Positions 13,501-25,368 of a stretch of 64,000 bases of DNA are shown in pieces. Every line of letters begins with the position of its first letter. Within the stretch, counting starts at the first letter, position 1. Origin of the DNA: Takakia lepidozioides (taxonomy: Eukaryota > Plantae > Bryophyta); contig CM060731.1 in assembly GCA_030704615.1 (NCBI GenBank), forward strand, positions 38,874,001 to 38,938,000, read 5' to 3'. The notes under the pieces are model-generated. The model was not told the DNA's origin, did no database searches, and was given only the letters and a program-made list of their open reading frames with translations. The translations under genes were made by a program, and so were the position numbers.

Positions 13501-15080
13501 TAGGTGGCAAGATACTTTGGCAGTGTTCGACGTGGATATCCAGTACAAACCGGGACGGGACAATGTGGTGGCCGATGCTTTAAGTAGAAAGCAGCAGCTC
13601 TTGTTGGTGTACAAGGGCGAGACGGCGCTCCAAAGGAAGATCCGGAAGGCTTGCCGGAAGGATGAGCTGGCAAAGTGCGTGATGCAGAACTTGAGAATGG
13701 GGGTTAAATCGCAGTTCCACTTGCAAAACGGACTGCTCCGGTATAAGCAAAAACGTCTCTATGTGCCAAAGGGAGGGATCAGGGATAGTCTCTTGAGAGA
13801 ATGCCATGATAGCCCGCTTGCGGGCCACGGTGGAGCCAAGCGCACTGCGGCACTCTTGAAGAAAGAGTATTTCTGGCCCAAACTGAGGGAGGAGGCAGAG
13901 GAGTATGTAAAGACATGCACCACATGCCAACAAAACCGGAGCGAGTATAAAAAGCAAGCGGGGCTGTTACAACCCTTGCCGATTCCAGAGGGGACTTGGG
14001 AAAGCGTCTCGATGGATTTCATGACTGCTATGCCGCTGTCAAAAGGATTCGATGCAATCATGGTGGTGGTAGATAGGTTCAGTAAAATGGCCCATTTCAT
14101 CCCCACCAAGGAGACGGCAACTGCGCAGGAGACAGGGCGACTTTACTTCGCCCACGTCTTAAAGCATCATGGAGTCCCGAAGGATATTGTCTCGGACCGC
14201 GACCCAAAGTTTACGAGTAAATTCTGGAGAGCACTTTGGAAGAAGATGGGGACGAGGCTGAAGATGAGCACCGCCTTCCGACCTACGACGGACGGCCAAA
14301 CGGAAAGAGTGAATTCCGTAGTGAAGCAATTCTTGCGGAATTACGTGTCGGCAGACCAATCAGACTGGATGGAACACTTAGACGCGACAGAGTTCTGTTA
14401 TAATAACACAGAACACTCCGCGACGGGAGTTTCCCCTTTTGTGTTGGTCTATGGAAAAGCACCTCTGGTGCCGACAAGTTGGGCCGCCCAGGACGTTGAG
14501 GAACCGGCAGTAGCGGCGGTACTGGAAGAACGCGAGCGTTTGTTGAAGCTCGCAAAGTACAACATTGCCAAAGCTAGGAAACGGTATGAAAGGCAGGCGA
14601 ATCGGAAGCGGAGGGAAGTGAAGTTTGAGGCAGGCACAGAAGGTCTGGTTGAACATCAAGAATTTTCGACTACCTCCGGAAATGAGTCCGAAGTTCGTAC
14701 CTCCGTATGCGGGTCCCTTTCGCATTCGGAGGGTTATGAATGAGGATGTGTATGAATTGGAGCTGCCAGCAAACAGCAAGGTGCACCCAGTATTCCATGT
14801 CTCCCTTTTGAAGCCTTACTTCAAAGATGAAGCACGTCCGAATCGGCAGCAAGTGTTGCGTCCGCCACCTATGCTGTTGGATCATGAAAATGAACCCGAG
14901 TACGAGGTGGAGGCAATACTTAAGTCGAGGAGGTTCAAGAACCGAGAAACGGAGTATCTCGTCAAATGGAAGGGCTATCATCTTGTGGAGGCATCTTGGG
15001 TGCGTGCCTCAGAAATGGGAAACGCATCCGAGGCAGTTGCAGCGTTCGAAGGGCGACCTCAAAAGCGGAAGAAGCGTTGA
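10523..15080 (+). CDS. Gag-Pol polyprotein (Gag, CCHC knuckle, aspartic protease, RT, RNase H, integrase, chromodomain), broken by ~6 frameshifts in this assembly
   Basis: [43 protein letters not shown] integrase Zn finger, SMDF/IVSDRD/DGQTE DDE core, [25 protein letters not shown] chromodomain. Confidence 0.93.
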
Positions 15081-15972
15081 TGGGGACATCAACCTTGGAG
15101 CGGGGGAGGAAATGCATGCTTAGCCCGGTTTAGCTAGCTCAGGAATCCGATTGCAAAAACTTGTATTGTACAAAAATTTGTGATAAAGGAAATGGGTTCC
15201 AAATATTGTGCGTCCTATTGTGTTTGGAATGGTGATGCATGGTGTGGTTGGCTGGTGTGTAGAATGCATGCTAGCTTACAAAAGTGGGAGAGGTAAATTG
15301 GGTTAATCGTGTGTTTGCGCAGTGCCGAAATCGGGTGACTCCCATCCAAGGGGCAAGGAAACTTGCGCCTTATTTGGGAGTTCAAGTGCTAGTGCGCACC
15401 TGGCGCGTGCGCGTACTATAACTGCACTACCGAGGGGGTTGCCTTGTAGTGCGGGCTAACGCGGAAGCTACGTGCTTCCGTTCACGTACTATAATCGTGT
15501 AGCCTCGGGACGAAGTCGTAGTGCGGCTTCGGCGTGTTCCCGTACCTCAGGCCAGCATTCCAAGGCGGACCCAATTGTAGTGATTGGGGCGCACGGTTGG
15601 TTCAAGGTTATCTTCCTAGTCAAAGAGGGTTCCAGGTGAACCCTTGCTCAAGGTGATGCCAAAAGCGGCATCATGAGCGATCGCAAGCAATGTTGTTGCA
15701 GTAAGGCGATTCGATCCTCGGGGAGGATCGTTCCTTGGCCTTGAAGTAGGCCAAGAAGAGTGCACTGGGAGGAGCTGGAGAGGCTCCACCCTTGGCCGGG
15801 ACTTGGAGGAAGTCGGCCGAACTAGCTAGTGGAGAGTGGAGTCAAGTGTGGGGTTTGGTTCTTTGCCATGGGACGCCATGGTACGGAAACAAACTCCTTG
15901 ATGTGGGACGCCACAACTTGGATGTTCGTTTCTACAAAATGGACAAGTCGATGAGGACATCGACTCCCTGTT

Positions 15973-15984
15973 GGTAGGGGTGTG
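15973..15984 (+). promoter_or_regulatory. Polypurine tract of chromovirus
   Basis: GGTAGGGGTGTG immediately before the 3' LTR. Confidence 0.75.
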
Positions 15985-16707
15985 TGTCGCGGCCCTTTGC
16001 CTTGAGGGCAGGGGGTCGGGACACATGAGGGGCTGCCCCTGTGGTGGGGGCAGCGGCAGCGATAGGTATGGGGGGCTGAAGCACCCTTGAGTGCCCAAGG
16101 CACTCAAGGAGGCGGAGGCGCTCACTAGGTGGAGCCCCGCACACCGGGTTGCGGTGGAGGTGGCTCCACAAGGGGTGGTGGTAGCTTAGTGGGACTTAGT
16201 GGGGGTGGCATAGACTCACCATGGGGTGGAGACCTCGAGGTGGGAGTCGTGGGGAGTCTTGGGACTCATCACGGTCCATTGGGGCCGCGGTGAGTGGGCC
16301 AAGACTCACCGCGACTCACCACCGGGAGTCGAGGGTTTTCGTGGTGGTTCGCCATAAAATGGCATGGCTGGTTATGAAACCCCCGCGGACAGCTACAGAA
16401 GTATATATAGGGAGTAGTAACCCCGAGAACGGTGCAAGCCCGTTGGTGACCAAAAACTAGTGAGTAAGCGAGCGAGCCGGAAAGCGACCAAAGAGTGGGG
16501 AGCTGTTCCGGACTGCCATCTACCAAAGGGAATTCTCCTAGTCCCAAATAGGTGGAGGGTTTAGAGGGAAGCGGAAGGGGACCGTTATGTCCCGGTGAGC
16601 AGCCGAAACTCCAAGTTGGCCCGGCGGCCAGGTTGGGAGTCAGGCGCGCGCATCAAAGCGAGTAACTATGACTTGAAGGGGAGTTTACCGAACTGAGGTG
16701 TGCGACA
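15985..16707 (+). repeat. 3' LTR (723 bp) of chromovirus
   Basis: Direct repeat of 9744-10467, followed by TSD CAAAG. Confidence 0.97.
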
Positions 16708-17589
16708 CAAAGCCTGTTTATGTTTCTTGAGGTCCCCAACAACCCAAAGATGCATTGGAGTGACTCATCAGGCTGGATTATGACTGAGTTTATAGAGAGT
16801 GACGTTAAAGATGTTACGTTGACATGCGTGAAGGTTGCAAGATATGTGGCACCGACTTGTGATGATGTGACTTCTGTGGACAATGGCTCCTGGATCAGCA
16901 TACATGCATATGTCATGCAAAATTGGGTAAGAGTCCCCATGATGATCTCCCTTCAAAGAATTTTGGATGGGTCAGGGGCTGATAACTTGACTACAGTACT
17001 ATTATCGTGGATGCCTTGAGGAATGGTGAAGGGCTTTCAGATGATGCAATAGCTTAGAAATTGTTGTGCTTTGGGGCTGATGGGGTGAGTACATTCCAAG
17101 GTGTGAGGAATGGGTTTACAAAACAAATTTCTTCTAAGCATGCTCCTTTTTCTATGGGGGTCCCATTGCATGGCTCATAGGCTAATCTGGCCTTCAAGAC
17201 CTTGTCTCAGTTGGGAATTGTTACTAGCATTGAAGGTTTGCTTCAGACCAACCATGCCTACTTTGCTCACAGCCCCAAAAGACACCTTGAATTCACTAAA
17301 CTTGTTGATATGCTGGAAACCAAGGGTCTGAAAATGTTGAAGAATGTGAAAACACGGTGGGTGTCCATCATTGAGCCAGGATTTTGGTTGAGTACAGGAC
17401 CATTTTGGCCAAAATGAACATTGATCAACATGACAACAAGCCTGCCAAGGTGAATAGTCATGTTTTTTGTCTTTTATTGTTTTTATTTGTTTATATAGAC
17501 TATTTTTTATTTATTCAGATTTCAGATTCTAATGTGGTTTATTGTTGTGGCAGGCTTTGCTGGATTTGTTGTGTGATCCATATACTCTT

Positions 17590-17955
17590 ATATAGTGGGT
17601 TTACATAGTATGCCAAGTACAACATCTGGTGCCAAAGCCTCCATCTAGTGCCCCTACGGTGCATACCCTACAAGCATCGAGTTCCACGACACCACATCTC
17701 GTTCAACCATACTGTCGAACACTCCCTTCATACATGTCCACGAGGGTATTGTTCAGAATGACATGTCGTACAATTGCAGCTCTGACAATGTTGTCATGGG
17801 CCTTTTTGCCCTTTTCCAGGGCTGCCAGGCTTGCACACGCACTGCAAACACACACAAACATGATCAGCCCAAAACCAATGCCCAGCCTCTCACTGTGGTG
17901 GCAAAGAGAAAATTCATTTTCCTCCTCCCCCACATCATGCAATACAAAGTGCGTG
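17590..17955 (-). pseudogene. Inserted fragment of a PLS-class PPR gene inside the hAT transposase
   Basis: [43 protein letters not shown] then, after frameshifts, [20 protein letters not shown]: typical L/S/P PPR motifs. Transposase reading (LLCDPYTL|LGTCCILPL) resumes either side. Confidence 0.8.
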
Positions 17956-19300
17956 TTAGGTACGTGTTGTATCCTCCCGCTCTTTTAGAGCATTGACTCA
18001 TTGGTACAGTTTGCACAATCCAATAATGTATTCATTGTGGCAGCAATTAAAATTTGTCAAGGCCTTTGTACATCAACATGGCCACTGCATGTTCAAGAGA
18101 TGAATTTTGGTCTTTCAAAAGTTTGTTGGATTGTAGCCATGAACAGATTCATCTCAAGTGGGTGGCTGACCTCAATGATAATTCACACCAATTGGCTTTC
18201 ATTGTGAATGGTGAGCAAATTTGGGCTGACCATGTAATTGGTGCACCAGCCATTGCGAGCCTCAACTTGCCCAATGTCAATGTGGGTGTTGCAATGGCTA
18301 GTGGCACATGCATCCAATGTGGCTAAGGAGGCAGCCCCACATGTTCCCAAGAATTATGTGAACAAGGATGCATGGAACATCCTAGTATCCCAAGTGAAGA
18401 ACGAATGCTCAGGTACAAAAAACCAGCCCCTTCAATTATACTTTGTGGTGTCATTTATATTCTCTTAATGTAATTGGTTTATGATATTTTTGGTGGGGGG
18501 TTTATGAATTTGCACCACAAATTCATGGTGGTGTGTAGTGACAGCTTCCCAACTTGTGGCAGAGCTGAACCTTAGATTCCCCCAACACTCGGTGCTTGAT
18601 GTCATGGGCATAATATACCCTCAATATTGGTTACAAGCAGGTTGTGATGAGACTTTTCCCAAGCATCTTGATGTCTTGAAGAACTGGGATAGTGAGGCAC
18701 GCACGATTGACATGGGAGTAGAGAAGAAGACAGTTCTGCCCTTATTGAATCGCTGGGATCTTAAATCCTAGCAAGGTATGTTTAAGTTGTGTGGGCTGCC
18801 ATGGAGCCCCCCTTTGACGTGAACCCTCTCACAAAGATTTGGAGAACCATAGATACATCAAGAGTACTAACTCATTCCTTTCCCCGAGTATGTCAAGCTT
18901 GCAGAGATTGCTATGGTGCATGTGTGGGCAGCATTGAGGACGAGCAGTGCTTCTCATCTTTGTCATTTCTGAAGAGCAAGCTGCGGTCATCTATCTATCC
19001 ACATTTTTCATTGGTTGTGGGAATGTATTCTCAACAGTTCTTTGATCTCGAGGATTTTCCCTATGACTCCATTTTGACAAGTGGAGCAATGCTGCGCCAC
19101 ATGGACGTTATGGAGTTAGCGCATAGAATTGGACTATTTTATGTTGTAGTGTAAGGCATATCAACAATGCTCTACCTTTGTTTCCATCCATTTCTGCAAG
19201 TATAGTGATTTTCTTGCATTTTAGATGATGATCCTCAATGGTGCCAGATTGCTATTTGAAATTGAGGCTATGGTTTTTGTTGGCCATCTTTGGACTTCTC

Positions 19301-19641
19301 TGATTAATTATTTTAGATTTCAGATTGTGAGTGGGCTGCCATGCCTACATTGGTACGAGTTTGCTCCTTCAAATTGGACTATGGTGTCACTTTGTTATTT
19401 GATATTGAGGCGATGCTTACTGCCCCATATTAAGACTTGACCAATTAATTTCAGATTTCAGATTTTAAAGTTGATTAATTATTTTAGATTTCATATTGTA
19501 AGTGGGTTGCCATGCCTACCATTGGTACGAGTTTGCTCCTTCAAATTGGACTAAGGTGTCACTATGTTATTTGATATTGAGGCCAGGATGCTTGCTGGCC
19601 AAGTTTAAGACTTGATCAATAAATTTCAGATTTCAGATTTT
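19301..19641. repeat. Tandem duplication (~170 bp x2) in the hAT 3' region
   Basis: GATTAATTATTTTAGATTTC..GAGTTTGCTCCTTCAAATTGGACTA occurs at ~19301 and ~19473. Confidence 0.85.
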
Positions 19642-21019
19642 CAATAGACTGTTATGCATACATTGCTTCTTGACATTAGGCAATGGTGCCACTTTGCTAC
19701 TTGAGATTAGGCTCTAGTGCCAGCAAATGCACTTCGACTCTGGCATTGTAGCAACATTGCAACAATATGTGGCCTCTTGTAGCCACTACTTTATGCCTCA
19801 ATTTTTATTTGTATCGCATATCCAATGCATACACAAAACACTCAAATCGCCATATTGCATCAAAATGAAATAGCCTGTAGCCAGTTGATTTTTAGCTAAG
19901 CATCTATGTCATCGCCACTTTTGCATTTAGCCTTCAAATTTTGTAGCCATCTACGCTTCTAAGCCAAAAAAAAAGAAAAAAGCCCTGCCTTGGATAGTGC
20001 TGATGCAAACTGAATAAATGCTTAGTTGTGGTGGGACTCAAAGCCCCAATTTTTACTGTATTTAAAATCTAGGCTGCTCAAGCAATTCATACTTGTAATT
20101 TCAACAAACTGCATGTTAAGTATTTGGATCACTTTTATGAGGGACATATCATTCCATGACAAGCATGCGTGATTGAGAGTTCCTAAATTTTTCATTTAAA
20201 AGTTTCTCTCATTGAAACAAGCTTATGGTTTTGATTGCAGGATGATGGGGATTCTTCTTGTGAGATATAGAATAGTTTTGGTCACGAAGCTGTCATCCTT
20301 CATAGCACTCTACCAGAGGTTAGTTTTTCCCCATGTATATCCAGAACATTGATGTCCATCCTATCTATAAAGTTTTGAGGCTACCATCCCTCTTCCTTAA
20401 AGAAAAAGAAAAAAAAAGAAGAATAGTTCAACTGTCCAGTGTTTTAGTGTTTTAGGATTTCGTCAACCGAAAACCAATCATGGGGAGTTATTCATTTATA
20501 GAACAATTCGAGACATCTATAGATTACATATTTGTAAACACCATTCAAAATGGATTTTGGATGTGGTTGATCCAGGCCAGTAAGTCGTAACTTCTCCAAA
20601 AACTAAGAAACAACTTGGGATGCGTTCCTAATTACATTGCCCATATAGAAAAAATAACCCATTGTAAGGGAAAAACGTCTTTTATGTGTATTTCTTATTC
20701 GTGCGGTTTTGGTGACGTTACCTTAGTCACCCCTTTTCAAGAGTGGGCTCTATCCAACGCCGACGAACATAACCTATGGCAAGCTTGCTCTTAGTGGGAA
20801 TAAAGGGATTGAGGGATCTAGGAGTCATGAGGTGTAATTCTTTTAGGCACTTTGTGACGAGGTGGAGTCGTATATCAGGTATATCACTAGGGCCGGGCTG
20901 CCCCTGATGACTATAAAAGTGGATCTAGGTGCCAACCACGATTTCTGAGGGCAAGATTTAGTGGTGTTACGTGTGTATTTTTCTCTGTTGGTGAGGTAGC
21001 AGGTGTTTAAAACAAATCA

Positions 21020-21200
21020 ACACTTAGCCCAGTGGTAAGGCCATAATAAGCAGCCTCAATAGTGGTTGTGGATTCAAACCAAATATTGGATGTCATTAGT
21101 GTGTCCACACAAGTACATCCAAGCACATCCAGTACATAGTTCGAAGTTTGAAGCCTAGTTGAAATAAGAAGAATCTAATCCTAGGCCCACGAACTTCACA
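21020..21200 (+). mobile_element. Possible degenerate tRNA-derived SINE
   Basis: A-box-like TAGCCCAGTGG (21025) and B-box-like GGATTCAAACC (21070); 3' end not defined. Confidence 0.35.
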
Positions 21201-23426
21201 CTTGGACTGCCCATCTAGCTGTTGCAATGAGACATCACTAATCTAAACCATCCTGCTTCAACAGTCAAGGAGACTAATTGCCACCCAGGAATCAATGCCT
21301 CTCTAAGGTATAAGTGTTAATTATTTTTGAATGCTTTCTTTCAGTCATTGGAGAACTGGCAGCACATATTAGGCACCTACAATAAACATTGGGATGGATT
21401 ACTGTTGTCAGGGACCAAGTGGCTTTGATCATCAATTGAAAACCTAAGAAAATGTGTAAGTAGTCTCTATTCCAGGGTTGAAGGAATTGAAGAGGAGTAA
21501 ACAGACCTATATCATCAACAACGTGGCGTGTGGCTGTCCACCCTTCCGATGTCCCCAGAAACCCATATTTGGCGCATTTCTAGAACACAGCACACATGAC
21601 TTTTCTCGGATGAGAGCGGGGCCCAGAGAATTTATAGCATTATAAGTGTAGGTTACTTTGTTGCTGGCAGGAGGTCTGCACGACCGCACACTGCCATACC
21701 CGCCACTAACTTATTCTTTTCTTACTTGGTCAAGTCCTTTTGACTCCCTCTCAATTTGAGGAATTATGGGTTGAATGCTCACCATGTTTGGTTCAGAGTT
21801 TGGCCATGACTGAGTGCGTGGAGTTATAGCAAGCGGGTATTGATGGCAACACATCCAAGCATCCTATCTTTGGCGACCGTTTGGGGCATCAAGGATGCAA
21901 GATAAGGACAAGGCACGAGTCAAAAGAGACAGGTAACTGTAGCAAAGTTGAACACAGTTTCAGAGACGTTGAATTAAAGCACAGAAGACGTTGGGATTCA
22001 ATAATCATAGAAAACACAATTCAGCTCTAGATGTCAGATCAGAATAATCAACTAAAGTTTGAATCCAAACCAAGTTATTAGATGTATGGAGAAACGAAAC
22101 TTGACCCGGCATCAAAACAAATCGAGTGCAGACACTTACCAGTAAAACATGTTACTGGGGGATTGGAGCGCAGAAGATATGTAGGGTTCACTGTGTGCGT
22201 GTAGGTCTTCTGAATGACCTGGTCTTCGTCCTTGCAGACATTTGCTTGGTTGGACAACACCAAAACCAGTGAGCCCACCTACAACTGCTCAGGTGTCATT
22301 TTACTTTCCGGTTCCAGATCACAGCAAGTCAAGACAACATTCTCAGTTTCCAAGTCACAACACAAGTGCTCTAGTGTGTGAAGTTGCAGCTAGCTTGAGG
22401 CCAGGCGAAGATGGTTGCTAGAAGGCAATAACTATGAGGATTGCATTTTACTTACTCCTTTCAAAATGATAAGGGCAAGTTCCATGGGCACTCCCAATCG
22501 CTCACGAAGGGTTGATAGAGTTTTGCGAGCCCCTTGTCAAAATATACTGTGTTTTCCTCCCGCAGTCTCATGGAAGGTCGTTGATTTGTGGGACATGAAC
22601 CTATAATTGCTCAACTGAGCTGCTAGCTGGCGGTGATAGCATTTGCATTGAACGCTCCAACTTCGTAAGAAATGTTCTGCCTGTCATGGACTTACGTGTG
22701 TGTTGGTGTTAACCTCACAAGTAAAGGAAGGATATATCCTCTGAGCAGGCATTGAAGGTTGGTCACAGGAGAGAGGACATGCTTTCCCGTTTTCAGAGCT
22801 GAAATGACTCCTGGAGTTTCGATCTGGGGTGTCCACAAAGCTTCGGTGGTGCTACCACTGTTCTTTTTGGTGGAACGCAGCAGTTGTCTAAATTATCTGC
22901 CCGTGGTCCCCTGGCTGTGTGACATGAAGTTCATTTCATTCAAGCACATGCTAAGGTTTCATTATGCAATGAGCTGACTGATACGGAGTTGAACATACAT
23001 AGTTTTATATCTATGATAGACACTGTCCATAGTCTGTGGGTGGAGGGGCATATTTGAAATCCAATTTCAACATGAAATGAACTGATTGATAAGGAGTTGC
23101 ACATACATATTTTTCTATGATAGACACCTGTTCATAGTCTGTCAGTGGAGGGGTATATTTGAAATCCCAACCAATAGTCCCAGCAGATAATCTCAGTCTC
23201 CGATTGAGCAACAACTCTCAAGGGCATAAAATCTTCCAAGGAAGGCATCCCCTCAAAATTGAGTAGGAAAGTTCTAGAAAAAAACTTGATAACGACACAA
23301 GCGCTCCAGCCTACTATTACAACTTTACATGCGTTGTAACTGCAAGTCAACACACTTGTAAAAGAATAATATGCACAGAAGAATGAAGGTAAGGTACACT
23401 GCTCACAGGATTGCTGAGCTTCTACA

Positions 23427-25368
23427 TCAGTAATGAATTGCTTTTGTGCAACCTGAGTCAGGGTTGCAGGGGTCTTCTCCCCACAGCTTGTGCAATACCT
23501 TCAAAAGCTGCATGGCCTTCCGCTTGGCCCGGGGCGTGCAGTCACTTTGTAAGAGCAGAAGTAGCTGTGTTGGTGCACCGACCATGACTGCTGCTTCCTG
23601 CATTGGTATAGAATCTCCACACATTGCATATAGTGCTCCGGCTGCATATTCTGTGCCGCGATCCGAAATTCTCAAAATCATGTCTACAAGGATTGGGACT
23701 GCCAAGGCATGCCCACTCATAGCCACCTTGCCTTCTCCTAGTGTGGCCAGAAGCTCAAGAATCGCAAGAGCTTTTTCGGCTGTGGCAGACCTTGCTACAG
23801 GAAGCATCTCAATCAATGCTGGGACAGCATCAGCCTCGACCGCTCTGTACAGAATGGCATGTATGATTAGATGTTACTTCAAGCCAACAATCATGCTGCA
23901 ATACATGAGATTCTGCAAAATTACATATAACAGTAAAGATTCATTCAAAAAAGAAAAATTACAATCACCTATACAATCTATAGATCAACATCCAAAAGCA
24001 TCTGAAGCACAGCTATGAAACTTAAGGAGGATACCAAACACAACGACCATTAATAAGTCTGTATTGATAGCATATGACACACAAGACGCATTTGTGCACA
24101 GATTCAAAATAATCTGGGACAGCCATTGCTCTTATTATTGGTTTGGGAGAAGGACGTTCATTGCTTTGTGGTGACGATACAGATACATTGTTTTGGGCTT
24201 GATCAAAAACTGAATGCTTTGAGACGGTCAAATTTTCACCCTGCCTACGGATGGAGGAAACCAAGCTCGTGGACAAGTTTAGAAGAAGCAACACAGCGCC
24301 GAGTTTTTCACATAAAATGCGGAACACAAGATGTGGTATTGAGAGGAGCTACTGTAATGCAAGGGATTATGCAGAGTAGCCTTCAATATCCGAAAGTGAG
24401 GCAGTGCTACGGTTAGGAGAAGGAGTACATCACGATGAATACCTGCATCTGTTCTCTTTGGCCAAGCAGAGAGCCAGTAATGTCTTAGTTGCCAGTTTAA
24501 CAAGTCTCGGTTGGTTCTCTTCACGCAACAGATTCACAGTCTCTTCCATTACTTGCGGAAAACTTCCCATCGTGTCCTTAAAGCTCTCAACCAAAGACAG
24601 CTTCTCCAGCATGTGTGCTGCAGGCTCCTTGACCTCGTTGCTTCCATTACGTAGATACCAGACGACCACCGACAACATCTCGGGCGTTGCCATCGCTTTC
24701 ATTGAAGAGTCGTCATCTGATAAAAGCTCTAGAGTGATGAACGCCTCCTCACGAATTTGAGCATCCCCCTCTCTATCATCAGACCGCATGGCACCATCGG
24801 TGTCGTTTGATAAAAGTAAAGAGATGAGCGCGGCCTCTACTCCCGATGCTCGAATCTGTTTCCTGAGACTCTCACTCTCTTCAGCCAGTGCGTGAAGACT
24901 TCTAAACGTCCTTTTTGAATAATGCCCAGCATTTACTTCACTGACGAGCTCGTCTACATCTACAGGTTTGGAATGTGAAGACTCGGTTGCAGTTGTAGGT
25001 GACTCACATTCAGAATATCTTCCCTCGGCCGGTGCTTCTGGATTGGAAGAGAAATCCATCTTGTCCGAAGCGGAGGAAGCACTCTCGCCATCACTCCCAC
25101 ATGGAGAATTGGAGGTCAGATCTGACGGATGTGTGGCACTGCGATCCATCTTGACCTCCACGCATGATGTAATATCTCCGGCAAACTGCTGTTGTTGAAA
25201 AGCGCATTCGCTTGCGGCCCAGACAATCGCAGCTTTCCGACCGAAATCTTGAAGCCCCGGTGGAGTGCGGGGACTCAGGACAGCATCGCCACAGTTACCA
25301 AACATACCACAAACGAACATCTGGCCCCTGACATGCTGCAGCCTCGGCTGCTGCTTACGGTTTCGCAT
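23427..25368 (-). CDS. Armadillo-repeat protein (PUB-like ARM region, no U-box seen); exons 25368-24443 and 23844-23427
   Basis: ARM-type helices (LLALCLAKENRCRAVEADAVPALIEML, AEKALAILELLATLGEGK, GTEYAAGALYAMC, LLLLLQSDCTPRAKRKAMQLLK). GT-AG phase-2 intron 24442-23845. True start Met uncertain. Confidence 0.88.

Larger units (their letters stand above)
9744..16707 (+). mobile_element. Full-length Ty3/gypsy chromovirus LTR retrotransposon
   Basis: LTRs 9744-10467 and 15985-16707 (TGTCGC..GCGACA). 5-bp TSD CAAAG (9739-9743, 16708-16712), tRNA-Met PBS, PPT, gag-pol with C-terminal chromodomain. Confidence 0.97.
9150..19130 (+). pseudogene. hAT transposase (ZNF862/DUF4371-like) pseudogene, split by the chromovirus and a PPR fragment
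   Basis: Motifs VRCKVC (N-terminal Zn finger), TCDDVTSVDN, FGADGVSTFQG, HCMAHR (CxxH), KTRWVS, GSIEDEQCFSSLSFLKSKLRS (hAT dimerisation). Reading ..RPMTEYERMQ|SLFMFLEVPNNPKMHW rejoins across the retroelement. Many stops and frameshifts; start approximate. Confidence 0.85.
8354..19987 (+). mobile_element. hAT-superfamily DNA transposon, decayed, with nested insertions
   Basis: 8-bp TSD CCTTGGAT at 8346-8353 and 19988-19995. Imperfect TIRs CAACGCTTCTTTTTT.. / ..AAAAAAGCCCTG. Internal transposase remnants. Confidence 0.9.
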
